Shown: positions 1 through 21,680, numbered from the stretch's first letter. The stretch is DNA of 64,000 nucleotides from the human T2T-CHM13v2.0 reference genome, Homo sapiens (GCF_009914755.1 NC_060939.1), one strand, 5' to 3'. Numbers and translations: made by a program. The notes: a model not told the origin generated them from the sequence alone.

Positions 1-520
1 TGACCATCTCATGATCTCTGTAGAAGGTGATATAGATCTATCCCTATTGGGTGAGATGACAGAGACTCTGGTTATACTTAAAAAAAAATTTGTCTATTTT
101 CTTTAAGCTCAAATCAATTAAAATGTTATGCCCACTGGGAAGGAGAACACCTCTTTGATTTTGGACCAGAGAGATTTTGTGTTTCTGTGTTTACTCTTGA
201 CTTGTGCCTAACTTGTAGACATGAAGCTGTAAGCTCTGTCTCTATGTGTCCAAAATTCAGAAAGGCCTTTCCCTCTCATTATGTGAGATATAATATCCTA
301 TCTATAGAGGATATTATTACAGTATAATGTCTCTTAAATTCAAGGAGCTCTGTTCTTATTGACTTACAGAGATAAGTAAGTTCTTATGTAATTTGAATAT
401 TCTTAAAATTCCCAGAAAAAGGAAATTGGACTTCTAGTGCTTTAAAGGTGCTAAACTCAAATTCTTCTCACCAAAACTAAGAAACATTTAAAAAAAATCT
501 AAGTTCATAATAAGAGTAAA

Positions 521-6943
<6,423 letters not shown>

Positions 6944-7589
6944 TAACCATATTCAACTCTCTACCTCCCTGAGATCAATATTTTTTGGCTTTCACATATT
7001 AGTGAGAGCATGCAGTATTTGTCTTCTCATGCGTAGATTATTTCCCTTAACATAATGACCTACGGCTCCATTCATGTTGCTGCACATGACGGGACTTCAT
7101 TTTTTTTATGGCTGAATAATATTCTATTGTGTCTATACCTACATTTTCTTTATCCATTCACCTGTTGATGGACACTTAGGTTAATTATTTATCTTGGCTA
7201 TTGTGAATAGTGCTGCAATAAACATGGGAGTACAGACATCCCTTTAATATACCTTTTATTTTTTGAGACATATACCCAGCAGCAGGATTGCTGGATCATA
7301 TGGTGGATCTATTTTCAGGGTTTAGAGGAACCTCCATACTGTTTTCCATAGTGGCTGTACTAGTTTCATTCCCAATAGTGTACTACCATTCCCCTTTCTC
7401 TATATTCTCACCAGCACCTATTATTTTTGTCTTTCTGATAATAGTTGTGTTAACTGGGGTGAGATGATATCTCATTGTAGTTTTGATTTACATTTCCCCT
7501 ATGGTTAGCGATGTTGAACATTTTTTTCATCTGTTGGCCATTTATATGCCTTCTTTTAAGAAATGTCTATTCAGATTACATGTCCATTT

Positions 7590-7657
7590 TTTTCAATTAG
7601 CAATAATTGCGCCTCAGATAAACCTCATTGGCTACAATACTGCCACTGCACAAAGCT
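7590..7657 (-). pseudogene. 3'-truncated U4 snRNA retropseudogene (nt 1-68)
   Basis: Reverse complement AGCTTTGTGCAGTGGCAGTATTGTAGCCAATGAGGTTTATCTGAGGCGCAATTATTGCTAATTGAAAA matches the U4 5' half; the 4 differences are all CpG decay; degenerate TSD. Confidence 0.93.
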
Positions 7658-9135
7658 ATATCTCCACTTTTTTCATCAGATTATTTGGGCTTTTTTTTCC
7701 TGCAGAATTGTTGGAGTTCCTTATACATTCTCATTACTAATCCCTTGTCAGATGGATAGCTTGCAAACATTTTGTCCAATTCTGTAGGTTGTCTCTTCAC
7801 TCTGTTGGCTGTTCCTTTGCTGAGCAGAAGCTTTCTAGCCTGATGTAATCCCATTTATCTATGTTTGCTTTTGTTACCTGTGCTTTTGAGGTCTTACTAA
7901 AAAAAAATCTTTGCCCAGATCAGTGTCCTAAAGCATTTCCCCCTATGCATTCTTCTAATAGTTTCATAGTTTCAGGTTTTATATTTAAGTCTTTAATCCA
8001 TTTTTGTGTATTAGACAGCTAATAGCATTTGCCTGTGGTTATATCAGCAAAACTCTTTATACTGTTCTTTTCTTATCTCCAATCCATTGGGTGGATTTTG
8101 ACCTCTCTTTTTCTGTAGTTGGGCTGTTTTAATAAACATTTATTTGAACACATGGGTTTTGAAGAGAAACACACAAACAAGAAAATTTTATCTTGGTGCC
8201 CCCTTTAATTATTATTTGTCAAGGTCAAAATAGCTAAAATTAAAATCTGTTATAAAAGTTTACATTTTATTGAAAAGGTTACATTTCCAGCTTTAATCAT
8301 AACTGAATTGCATAAGACCAGTAAAATGCTGGCCCCAAAAAATGTTGTAAACAATGATCATTCATTGTTCACCCAACTATGATACATTTTATTTTCTGGA
8401 TATTATATTAAGAGCTTAACTTGAATAAGAAGTCAATCAAACTGAATATACTGTATTTTAATGTTTAGTTTTTGTATGTCTAAGTAAATTTACTAAATTT
8501 TGCTTTCATTACATAAATTTCTTGCCTCCTATATATGCCCATTCTCAATCAATTTAATTAATTCTTATTAAAACAAGACAAATTACAAAGAGTTCATCTG
8601 AAATTGTACTGCAAATGGTAACTGAACCTTCTTTGTTAGCTTTTGTATCCTACAGCTGCCACATGGGAGACTTTCAGAATTATTTTATTGGTAAGTCAAC
8701 TAATTTATCATTTTTTCTTGAAAGACGTTTGTGGCTATATATGCAGTATCTAAATATTACCTAACTTTTATTGACTGTTTTTACTATTTTTCACCTGATA
8801 AGCTTTTAGCATGTTCAAAATACATATATGAGAAAGAATTTGGCTTAAAAAGGTCTACAAACTAGAATTGAACAAGAACCATGTTCAGTAGTATAAAAGT
8901 TCATTTCAGAACAAAAATAAATGGAAAAGAAAGCATGTCAAGGAATTTTACAAAGCACACAAGAAACTTTCACCTTTTCCAAAATGTCTGGACTCCAGAG
9001 ATAGGGAAAACAAAAATAGAGATTAGTGAAAGCAGAAATAATGTTGGTGGGTTTAAAAATACTGGGTAAATTCAAAATGAATACATTTTTTTCTTTGGGG
9101 ATTTTTTTTTTTTTTTTTACTGATGTTAGTTCATA

Positions 9136-9218
9136 CAAGTTGAATATCCCTAATCCAAAAGTCTAAAATCTGAACTACTTCTGATCTCAAGCATTTAGGA
9201 TAAAGGATACTCAACCTG
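9136..9218. mobile_element. Internally deleted Tigger4/Zombi-type DNA transposon
   Basis: TA-flanked TIRs caagttgaatatcc...ggatactcaacctg. Confidence 0.8.
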
Positions 9219-9753
9219 TATAATCAAATACAGCAAATCAGCAGAAAGTATAAGGAAGAATACACTCAGTATGAATGTCAGGCGTAATCTAGGGTATCTC
9301 CAAGCCAAAGGGTAAAGTGTTTCAAAGTTTTCTTTGGCATCCTTTCACTTCACTTTTCAATTTTCTGTTGCCACATAGCATCCAGAGCCCAGAGTCCTAA
9401 AGGTACTTAGGATACCCTAGTGCAGTGATATCAAGACAAGGTCTCACGTTCCAGATCACTCTTTGCCTCCTACATCCCTCAGAGACTTCATTCAGTTCTA
9501 ATAAATTGATTTCTACTATTATTACTCACTAACATTCATTAGCTCTGTAAGAAAAAAAAATAAAAAATGGTAAAGGTGGGGGAAAGAGATTTTTTAGAGT
9601 GATAAAATAATTCCAAAGTAAATAGAAAGAAGGAATTAATAAAGGAAGAAATAAATGAGTTAGAAACAGAAAAAGAGAATGAAACCAAAATACATAAATC
9701 CAAGAGCTGGTTCTCAGTAAAATGAAATGAAATGAACTTGAGAGAAAGCACAT

Positions 9754-10485
9754 TTGGTGAATTGCAGATGGCCACAAATTCTTTGTCACTCCTCTCACTG
9801 AGTGCTGGGGTCTATTTCCCCTCCCTTTGAAACTCAGTGGCCCTATGACTTGCTTTGACAAGGAGAATATGGTAGATGATGCTTCATAATTCTTAAAGTT
9901 AGGCATTAACAGATCAACAGCTTCCACTGTCGTCTATTGGAATACTCCCTTTTGGTCTCCATGTATGAAGTCTGACTATCCTCTGGGGAGAGAGACCTGA
10001 ATCTACTTTAAATGTTTCAGATCCTGCCAAATACCCAGCTGAACACAGCTCCTGAGTAACCCTTGCCAATACCATGTAGAGGAGAACAACCACCCAGCAT
10101 CACCTGCTTGAATTCCCAAGAATTCTGAGTAAATTATAATATGGTTGCTATTTTAAGCCACTGAGTTTTGGGGTAGTATGTTACACAGAAACAGATAATC
10201 CTAGAAGTAAGGTGTTTGTGTAACTAAAAACTTAAAAATTTGTGGCATTGGATTTTGGACCAAGCAGTAGGTGGAGGCCTAAGGGGCAGTAAGGAAACTG
10301 CTAGTAGCAGCTGCAAGTACAATGAGGAAATTGCTATTGAAGGCTGAATGCAGCCCTGTGAGTGACCCAAGATGACACCATGTAGAGTGGCACTGCCTAG
10401 GTGAGACCAGCCCAAATACCTGTCAAATGGTCGTTTTTGAAGCTACTGATTTTTAGGGTTGTTTTTATGCAAAATAGATAACCAA
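9754..10485 (+). mobile_element. MLT1H-like MaLR LTR plus start of internal region and a second LTR 3' piece
   Basis: gatggccacaaattctttg..tctatttccc start; ttttaagccactgagttttggggtag..acagataa end. Confidence 0.7.
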
Positions 10486-12529
10486 ACTACAAAATATAAG
10501 TGAAGATATGCCAGAGGAAATTTAACCACAGAAATGGATAATATGTTTTAAAATCAGAAAAGAGGCTATTTTGATAAATTCTTTACCAATAAATTTGAAA
10601 ACCTGGATGAATTGGAAAATTTTGCTTAAAAATATAACTTACAAAAAAAAAATCACCCCCAAAGAAACAGAAAATCTAATACAGACTGATTTACAGAGAA
10701 GAAAATTCAAATAGATCATTCTCCATAAAACAAATTTAGGAACTATTGCTAAGAAAACCTAGATCCAGACAGCTTCATAGAGAATTCTTCCAGACTTTAA
10801 ACATTAGATAATTCTAATGCTAAACTATTCTAAAACTTAGAAAAGGAGAAAAATATTCAAACTCCTTCAATGAAATAAGGATATTGTCGATCCCAAAACC
10901 TAACAAAGATTGTACCAATAAGAAAACCGTAGGTCATTCTCACGAATGTCAACACAAAAATCCTCAATAAAATACAATAAGAATCAGCAGACCATAAAAG
11001 AATAGTAAGTGGGCCATACTCCAGAAATACAAGAATGATTCAAAATCAGGACTAATAATACAATTCATCATGTAGATATAGTTAAAGAGAAAAAAACATG
11101 ATCATGTCCTTAGACTGTAAAAAAGCATTCGATAAAATTCAATGGCCATTCTTGATTTAAAACAATAAGTGGAATATGAGAGGTTCCACTTCTGGGTATG
11201 ACTAGCTAAGATGCTATAGAATGACCACCACTTCTAGCTCCCTGCAGAAAACTATAAAGACTTGGACAAAATATGAAAAGCAAATACCTGAAGGTCCAGG
11301 AGAATGAAGAGATAAAGACAGATTCTGGAGGGGAGGTCACGCTAGTTTGGAGGAAGTACAAGTAAATTCCTGCTTCTGCAGCTTTTAGCCTGGGGCTAAG
11401 CCACCTAGTGAGTACAGCAGCTATGGGGGCCTTGCATGGAAGAACTCTTTCTGATCTGAGGAACTAGAAAAAAGAAGCTATGAAGCCATGAATGCTGAAA
11501 GAGTAGGAGAATTCTGGGTGAGCATGAGCCAAAGAGGGGATCCCCAAGCCCAAGCTGTCTCCCCACATCTCTAACGGACACCTGAACTAGGTAGGCTCAG
11601 AACAAATTTAAAACAGACCATCTAAAAACAAAACATCTGAACAGACTGGACCTTCTACATAAGAAAACATGTTTGCAGTAGAAGCCCAGCCAAGAAAATT
11701 GCTTACTAAACAAAGGAAACCATGCTTATCAGAAAAATAATAGCATTTAGAATATCCATAATCTAAAACTCCTAATGTCCCAGAAACAATCCAAAATCAC
11801 CAAGTATACAAAGAACCAAAAAATCAAATGTTCTCAAGAGAAAGAAAATAAATTGAGTCCAAACCCAAGACGAACCAGATATTGGAACAAACAGACAAGA
11901 ATCAAGCCGCTAATATAACTATCCTCAATGAAGCAAAACATATTTACAATGCATAAAAAGTCTTAGCAGAGAAATGGTAAGTCTCAGCAGAGATACAGAA
12001 ACAAACAAAGACATTGAGATCTGAAAACTAATAAAAACCCTCAATAAAATAGAAATATAGTTACTTCCTTAGCATGATAAAATATATCCATCCCAGCCAA
12101 AAATTAGCATCAGATTTCCTGGAAAAAGTAAAGACATTCCCATCAAAGTTAAAAAACAATAAAAAGTAAAAAACACTCACTGCTACCCCTATTATTTAAT
12201 ATTGTACTGAAGGTCCTAACCACAATTAGACAAGATACAGAAATAAAAGGCACAGCCATTAGAAGGAGATAAGTAAAACTATTGCTATTTATAGATGATA
12301 TGATTATACATCTTGAAAACCCAAAGGAATAAAATAAAAAACTCCTACAAATAGTAACATAACTCAATAAGATAGCAGGGGAAATTAACATAAAGAAATC
12401 ACTAGCTTTCTTATATACAGACAATAATTAGAAGATAGGCAGGAAAAGCCCCAGTCACAATACAAACAAAATGATGAAATAACTAAGAATAAATTTAAGA
12501 AATATGTAAAACCTATATGAGGGAAATTC

Positions 12530-12722
12530 TAAAACATATTCTAGGCTAAATAGATTCAACTTTATAAACATATAAATTCTAAATTAATTTATGAATATAA
12601 ATGTTATCCCAATATCTATAGGAAGAAAGCTTTAAAACACATTCTAGATGAAATAAATTCAATCTTATAAACATCTAAATCCTAAGTTAATTTATGAATA
12701 TAAATGTTACCCCAATATCTAA
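12530..12722 (+). repeat. Diverged tandem duplication, 103-bp period
   Basis: taaaaca(t/c)attctag...ttaatttatgaatataaatgtta(t/c)cccaatatcta at 12530 and 12633. Confidence 0.85.
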
Positions 12723-12734
12723 AAACAAAAATGA

Positions 12735-13087
12735 TAAAAGTTCCTGAAAAAATACATGGCAGGGGAGAGACGAACAGGCAGAGCACAGAGGATTTTTAGG
12801 ATAGCGAAAATACCTGGTATGATAGTATAATGGTGGATACATGTCATTACATTTGTACAGACCCATAGAATGTACAACACCATCGGTGAACCCTGAACTA
12901 TGGACTTTGGTGATTATGATGTGTTGATGCAGGTTCCTCAATGGTAATGAATGTACCATTCTGGTTGGTGGTGTTGATAACGGGGGAGGCCTTGCATGTG
13001 TCACGGCAGGGGGTATATACAGGGAAGTCTCTGTACCGTCCTCTCAATTTTGCTGTGAACCTAAAACTGCCCTTTAAAAGGGGTCTT
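12735..13087 (+). mobile_element. L1MC-type 3' end
   Basis: cagagcacagaggatttttagg...ctctcaattttgctgtgaacctaaaactg. Confidence 0.85.
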
Positions 13088-13090
13088 TTT

Positions 13091-13512
13091 ACTTAGAACC
13101 AACCCAAATGTCCATCAGTGATAGACTGGATGAAGAAAATGTGGCACATATACACCATGGAACACTACACAACCATAAAAAAGAATGAGTTCATGTCCTT
13201 TGCAGGGACATGGATGAAGCTGGAAACCATCATTCTCAGCAAACTAACACAGGAACAGAAAACCAAACACCGCATGTTCTCACTCATAAGTGGGAGTTTA
13301 ACAATAAGAACACACGGACACAGGCATGGGAACATCACACACCAGGGCCTACTGGGAGGCAGGGGGCTAGGGGAGGAATAGCATTAGGAGAAATACCTAA
13401 TGTAGATGACGAGTTGATGGGTGCAGCAAACCACCATGGCACGTGTATACCTATGTAACAAACCTGCATGTTCTGTACATGTATCCCAGAACTTAAAGTA
13501 TAATAAAAAAAA
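13091..13512 (+). mobile_element. L1PA7-like 3' fragment (ORF2 C-terminus, 3'UTR, polyA)
   Basis: IDWMKKMWHIYTME...KHRMFSLISGS; ends cccagaacttaaagtataataaaaaaaa. Confidence 0.93.
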
Positions 13513-13545
13513 TTGTTTAAAAAATTGGCAAATAATTTTTTTTAA

Positions 13546-13896
<351 letters not shown>

Positions 13897-13904
13897 TAAG
13901 GGTA

Positions 13905-14446
13905 AGTTCCATTATAACTCCCAGGAAGACTCAATGGACTCAACACATAGTTTTACCCACAGTAATGATTTATTACAGCAAAAAGATACAAAGCAAAAAC
14001 TACAAAGGGAAAAGATACATGGGATGAAGTCTGAAGGAAATGAGGCACAAGCTTCGAAGAGTTCCCTCCTAGTGGAGTCACACAGAACAAGCCTAATTCC
14101 TCTAGTAATGAATTGTGACAATTTAAGTGAAGTGTTATCTACTAGGGAAGCTCATCAGAGACTTAGTGTCCAAGATTTTTCATGGAAACTGTTCATATAT
14201 GTATCTTCTGCCTCGCATATACCAAAATTCCAGACTCCCAAAAGAAAAGCAGGTATTCAGCATAAACCACAATGCTTATACAGTTCAGGCATACGGAGAC
14301 ATCCTTATCATTTAGGAAAAGTTTCATTTAAGTATAGAGAACTGTATGCCAACTAAGTTTCTAAACACCAGCAACGGCCAACTTCGCAAGGAGGCCTTTC
14401 TAAGGATAGCAGTCTAAGACCTGCTCTGTCAACTCTATTCTCCACA
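13905..14446 (-). mobile_element. MER21-family LTR
   Basis: Reverse complement begins TGTGGAGAATAGAGTTGACAGAGCAGGTCTTAGACTGCTATCCTTAGAAAGGCC. Confidence 0.8.
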
Positions 14447-14449
14447 TCT

Positions 14450-15420
14450 TGAATATAAAAAATCAAATTATAAGTCAACATCCAAAACCCATAAAAGACT
14501 GATAAAATTAAGTATGTAAAAATAAAAAATAAAACTTAATTATGGCCAAAATTTATCAAGAAAAAAATCACAAGACAAGTGACAAACTAGAAGAGAATGT
14601 TTGCAACTCATATCTCAGTCAAAAAGATAATATAGCTTTTAATAGTATCTTTATTATATAAACAATTTCTACGATGGCTACTATAAGAATACAACTTAAT
14701 AGAACAACTAGGGAAAAACTGTTGACACAAAAGGAAACACATATGGCTCAACCTCACCTATCAAAAGATTGAATTAAAAGTAACAGTGAGATACCATTTC
14801 TCATCTATCAGATTGGTAAGAACCCAAAATTAGACCACATATGCTGCTATCAGCTTGGTAAAAACCCCAAATCAGATAACGTTTTCATCTATCTGATTGG
14901 TAAAAACCCAAAGTTAGGCAACATACTCTGCTAGGAAATGACATACTCTCATATACAGCTGGTAAGAATTCACATTCCTACCCAGGACAATTTGGCAATG
15001 TCTACCAAAATTAATATGCATATACCCTTTGACCCAGCCAAATTCTTGGGATTCACTTACACCCTAAAATATGACATACATATAAGGTTAATTGTTGTAT
15101 TTGTATTAGCAAAAGATAAGTAACAACCCAAATGTCTATCAGTAGGGTTAAATACAGCCTATTATCTGCATAAAATATAATACTATGTAGCTATAGTGAA
15201 GTACTCTGTGGATTGACATGAAATGATCTCCAAAATATATTCTGAAGAGAAAAAGCAAGGTAGAAAACAGTGTAAAAACTGACAGAACATAAGATTTCAA
15301 GTTGGTATTGGCTTATATATGCACAAATATATGTTAGAAGTGGGTGGAAATAACAATTTTTACTATAAACCTTTTATTATGACTTGATTTTTGGACCATA
15401 TAAATTATCAATTTAAAAAA
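14450..15420 (+). mobile_element. Ancient L1ME ORF2 3' region and 3'UTR remnant
   Basis: acagtgagataccatttctcatctatcagattgg; ccctttgacccagc; aacaacccaaatgtctatcagtaggg. Confidence 0.7.
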
Positions 15421-15489
15421 ATTATAATTAGATGAGATATGAATATTATCATTTTTTGGTGTGTCCCAAGTATTTTATTTCTTTGCCAG

Positions 15490-16135
15490 ACAATGGTAAC
15501 TATCTTGGAGGCAAAAATCAGATTAAGGATATGGCCCTCCCAAACTAAGCCTAGTTTCAGATGGGCTTGAATTGCCCTGCCATTAAACTGAAAGGGAAGG
15601 GATGAACACATAAGAGAGAATATTAATGTAAAAGATCTCAATCTAAGTTTAAGAACTATTTATTTTTGATATTTAGCTGTGTTGCTTATATATGGAGCTG
15701 AGTAGAAACAGGGAGATCTCTAGAGCCTAGAATGTTTTTGAGTGAATTACATTACCAAAGAAACCAAAAGCCTGGCCTCCAAATCCTGTTCAAATCCTAA
15801 AGCAATCCCTAGGCCCCCAGATCACAACAGCAGGAAGTGAGCTATGAAAGCTTTGCGGTCCCCAGGAAAGAAGTATATTTCAATCACTAACTCAGATGAG
15901 GCCTTGGAGAAAAATGATTAAGGATGACAGAGCCAGGAATCATGGAGGTAACAGAGTAAAAGGCTGCTCCCAAAGGAGCTGCCAGAATGGCTAAGGGATT
16001 TAATGCACTTCAGAGCAAGGGGTTTTCACAATTTTTGTCAAGGAAAATATAATAATTGGTATGAACCAGCAACTTATTTCATGTTTTTCTAACTTGATTA
16101 GAATTATTCCATTTTAATTTTACCATTATATACTG
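15490..16135 (+). mobile_element. Possible MaLR internal (MLT-int) remnant
   Basis: Loose resemblance to MLT-int 3' motifs, directly upstream of an LTR. Confidence 0.4.
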
Positions 16136-16149
16136 GCATTACAGATGTG

Positions 16150-16465
16150 AATGTTGAAATCATACCTCCAATGTGATGGTATTATGAAGAGGGGCCTTTT
16201 GGGGGTCATGAGGGTCATGAGGGTCAAGATGAGATCAGTGCCCTTATAAGAGACAGGAAAGACTTACTTCCGCTCTCCCTCTCTCTGCCATGTAAGTATG
16301 CAGCACGAAGATGTCCATCTGCAAACCAGAAAGAGGGCCCTCACCACCAACTGAATCAGCTAGCACCTTGACCTTGGACTTCCCATCCTCCAGAAATCGG
16401 AGAAGTTTCTGATGTTTAAGCCATCTTGTCTATGGTATTTTGTTGTAGTAGTCCAAACTGATTAA
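16150..16465 (+). mobile_element. MLT1A-like MaLR LTR
   Basis: ccaatgtgatggtatta..cagtgcccttataagaga..gggccctcacca..ttggacttcccatcctccagaa..ggtattttgtt. Confidence 0.85.
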
Positions 16466-17570
<1,105 letters not shown>

Positions 17571-17571
17571 C

Positions 17572-17875
17572 TTTTTTTTTTTTTTTTTTTTTTGAGACAA
17601 GGTCTCACTCTGTGCCCAGGCCGGAGTGGCAGTGGTGTCATCATAACTCACTGCAGCCTTAAACTCCTGGACTCAAGTGATCCTCCCATCTCAGCCTCCC
17701 ACGTAGCTGGGACTACAGGCACAGCCATCATGCCCAGCTAATTTTTAAATTTTTTTGTAGAGATGGGGTCTCACTATGTTGTCCAGGCTGGTCTTGAACA
17801 CCTGAGCTCAAGCAATCCTCTCATCTTGGCTTCCCAAAGTGATTTGATTACAGGCATGAGCCAGCACACCCAGCC
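17572..17875 (-). mobile_element. AluJ
   Basis: J-type motifs (cactgcagccttaaactcctggactcaagtgatcctccc). Confidence 0.9.
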
Positions 17876-19389
17876 CTGAGTGAATTTTTAAAGTTTATAG
17901 TACTGTTCCTGCTTCAACTCAAAGCAATGTGGATGTTTTGGACTTATGCAAAGAATGTTGTATTTCTAAGCTTTCTTCATTCCTTCATGTAGATCTGTTT
18001 CCATCTGGTTTCAGTTTACTTTTGCTGATGAACTTCCTTTAACATTTCATGTAGCGTGGCCTACCGATGAATGCTCTCAGTCACTGCTTGTCTGTAAAAG
18101 TCTTAGAATATGTAAGATCCTGAGACTTTTTGGCCATTACTTCTTCAAATGCTTTTTCTGCCCTCTCATCTTTCTGAGATACCTTAACACATACATGTTA
18201 GACCTCTATGACTCTGTTCCTTAGTCTGAAAAAAAAAAATCTATTTTGGAAAGTTTTTATTGCTATGGCATTAATTCATTAATATTTTATTCTGCGGTAT
18301 CTAATTTGTTAAGCCCATCCACTCAACTTTTCATTTCAGATATTTCATTTTTCAGCTTCTAGAAATCTCTCCATTTCATTCAGGTTTTCTTTTAAATTCT
18401 TTACATATTTATAGTAACTGCTTTAAATCTCGTTTGCTAATTCCATCATTGCTGACATTTGTAGGTCTGTTTCTACTGATTGACTTTTTCATCCTAATCA
18501 CATTTGCCTGCTTCTTTGTATCTAGTAATTTTGCATTGCTTGCTGAACATGAATCTTACATTTTTGAGTGCTAGATTTTGTTGTCTTTGTTTAAAGAGCA
18601 TTGAACTTTGCTTTGGGAGACGAAGTTACTTGTAAATCAGCTTGATTCTTTTAAGGCTTGGTTTTAAGCTTTGACAGGGTACAAATGGAGTAGCATTTAG
18701 GCCGACTTTCGCTCTAATCCTCAAGAGTGACTCTTTGGATCTCAAGCGAATACCCTAGGTCTTCACCAAGGACACTTCACTCTAGCTAGTCAGAATGTAA
18801 ACACATCGCAGCCCTGCCTGAGCTCTGGGGTTGTTCACCTTCGAGCTTCCCAGAAGTTCTTTGCGCAGCACTATGGAGTTTGACACTACACTTGTCTAAT
18901 GTAGCATCTGACAAGATAATCAAAAGGGATCTCTGTGCAGATTTCTGGAACTCTTTCTCTTACACAGCTTCCTCTTCTCTGGTAGTGCATCCACAAATTT
19001 CAGCCATGTCAACCTCCCTGACCTCTGATCTCTTTCTCCTCAGCTCAGCAAGACCAGAGTACTCCGCTTGGTGCACCCATCTCTCTGCACCACGGTCCAG
19101 AGCGTACCTCCAGGAAGGGAGCCCGGAAGATTAGAGGGATCTCTAAGCTTGTTCTCCTTCTCTCAGGGATCACTGTCCCGTACTGCCTGTTGTCAACTGT
19201 CTGAAAAAAGGGTGTTTCATTTATTTTCCCAATTTTTATAGACATTTTAAAGAGGAGAGCAAGTCTGGTCCAATTACTTCATCAAGGCAGGAAGCAGAAG
19301 CCTCTATTATAATTCTTCTGATATCTGTAGGTTCATCTGTACTCTTTCATTACTGATGTTGGTAATTTTCTTACTGTAGTTGGTAATTG

Positions 19390-19693
19390 TTTTTTTTTTT
19401 TGTTTTTTTTTTTTTTGAGACAGGGTCTATGCTCCGTCATCCAGCCTGGAGCTGCAGTGGCATAATCATAGCCCACTGTACCCTCTAACTTCTGGGATCA
19501 AGTGATCCTCCCACTTCAGCATCCTGAGTAGCAAGGACTACAGGTATGCAGCACCATGCCTGGCTAATTTTTCAAATTTTGTTGTAGAGACAGGGTTGCC
19601 CAGGCTGGTCTGGAACTCCTGGCCTTAAATTGTTCCTCCCACCTCAGCTTCCCAAAGTGCTGGGATTACAGCAGCGAGCCACCACACTCAGCC
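19390..19693 (-). mobile_element. AluJ
   Basis: Alu dimer, TSD ggtaatt. Confidence 0.9.
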
Positions 19694-19849
19694 GGTAATT
19701 TTCATATATTCTATTAATCTAGCTATGAGTTTATTAATTTTTATATAATCTTTTCAAGGTATCCATTTCCAAATATTAGGAGTTTTTCTAGACATCTTGT
19801 TAGTTATTTCTGCTATAATTTTATCATGGTAAGAGAACGTACTCTAAGG

Positions 19850-20165
19850 CAGGGGTTAGAAAAATGTTTTCTGTGAAAGGAAAGGGCCAAATAGCAAATA
19901 TTTTAGGCTTTGCGGGCCATACAGTCTCTGTTGCAACTACTCAACTTTATTGTGTGAAAGCAGGCATTGATGATATGCAAATGAATGAGTGTGCCTTTGT
20001 TCCTATAGAATTTTAATTATAAACACTGAAATTTGAATTTTATATACATTTTCTATGTCAAAATATTTTTTAAAAATACTTACAAATGTAAAACTACTAC
20101 TAACATCATACAAAAACAGGCGATGGGCAAGATTTAGCCCATGGGTCATAGTTTGCTGATCTTTG
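19850..20165. mobile_element. MER58B-like hAT-Charlie element
   Basis: caggggtt..aatattttaggctttgcgggccatacagtctctgttgcaactactcaac..catagtttgctga. Confidence 0.85.
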
Positions 20166-21179
20166 CCCTATAAATTTTCAATGATAAAATTTATTGAGAC
20201 TTTTTTATAGCCCAACCTCTGTCCTGGTGAACATAACGTGTACATTTAATGGAATGTATACAGTTTTGGAGGATAGGTTTTTCTATCATTATCAATTAGG
20301 TTGAGGTGGTTGACAGTGATTCTTCATTCACTGTGTCCTTAGTGAATTTTTTTTTTTTTTGGTCTAATTGGTCTATGAACTACTGAGAGAGGGATGTTAA
20401 AATCTCCAATTAGTGGATTTATCTGTTTCTCCCTCTACCAAATGTTTCATGATTCTAAAGCTCTGTTATTAGGTACATATATGTACCATTTATGATTGCA
20501 TGTCTTCCTGATGACTCCCTCCCCTCCCTGTCTCACTCTCTCTTTCAATACACAATCTGTCTTTAGTTGGCAAGTTTAGTTAGTTTACATTTAATAAAAT
20601 TAATATGTTTGTATGTTGGTCTACCATCCCACTGTTTCTCTTTCTTCCATTTATTTTCTGAACCTTCCTTTTCTTGGTTAACTATTGTTTTTAGAATTTC
20701 ATTCTCATTATCTATAAACCTTTTAGCCAACTCTGCATTACATTTTTAGTGGTTATTCTAGGCCTTACAGTACACATTCTGAACTGCACAGTCTACTTAG
20801 GGTTACTATTATATCACTTCACATACAATGCAGACATTTTACAACTATATTGTTCCCTTTACTTCCCTTCCCTTTATGCCACAGTTGTCATGTGTATTGC
20901 ATCTACAGTCCATATTATCCACAAAACAATGTCACTATTTTTGGTTTAGGTACTCATTATGTACCTCACCTAAGTTGAGATTTAAGAGACAGTTTTATAT
21001 TTACGCATATTTTTACTATTTCCAAAGTTCTTCATCCCTTTCTGTGGACTCAAGTTTCCATTTGGTATTATTTCCCCTCAGCTTGGAGACCTTCCTTTTA
21101 CATTTCTTCTAGTATAGGCTTGCAGGTAATAAATTATCTTAGTTTTTTCGTACCTGAAAATGTCTTTATATTGCCTTCA

Positions 21180-21680
21180 TTTTTAAACAGCCTTATTGAG
21201 ATTTATTATTTATATGATATAATTCACATACCGTACAATCTATCCATTTAAGGTATACAATTCAATGTTTTTAGTATATTCACAGGGTTGTGTAACCATC
21301 ACCAAAATCTAATTTTAGAATGTTTTCATCTCCCCTGAAAGAAACACCACGTCCATGAGCAATCAATCGCCATTCCCCACCCCACCACTAATCTACTTTC
21401 TATCTCTATAAATTTGCCTATTCTGGACATCTAATATGTAAATATGTGTAATACATTTAAAATGTGTAACAGAATTACACATTTGGGGTTATTTTGCAAA
21501 TGGCTTCTTTGACTTAGCATAATGTTTGTATGGGTGATCTATGTTGTAGTAATATATAACAGTACTTTATTGACAAATATTCCATTGTGTATATATACTA
21601 CATTTTATTTATACATTCATGAGTTGATGGACACTTTTTTTTTTTACCACTTTTTAGCTATTATGGGTAATGCTTTTATT
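21180..21680 (-). mobile_element. L1MB-type 3' end
   Basis: aattcacataccgtacaat..ttttagtatattcacagggttgtgtaaccatcacca. Confidence 0.8.

Larger units (their letters stand above)
9570..12730 (+). mobile_element. Ancient L1M/L1ME ORF2 remnants with nested MLT1H and an L1M 5' piece (~11180-12030)
   Basis: Decayed colinear ORF2 motifs (aagagctggttct, aatttgaaaacctggatgaa, gcattcgataaaattcaa, gatgatatgattatac). Confidence 0.65.

Noticed and set aside
1-520. Possible ERV1 internal-region remnant
   Set aside because: Only a loose resemblance to recalled motifs; cannot be supported without a Dfam search
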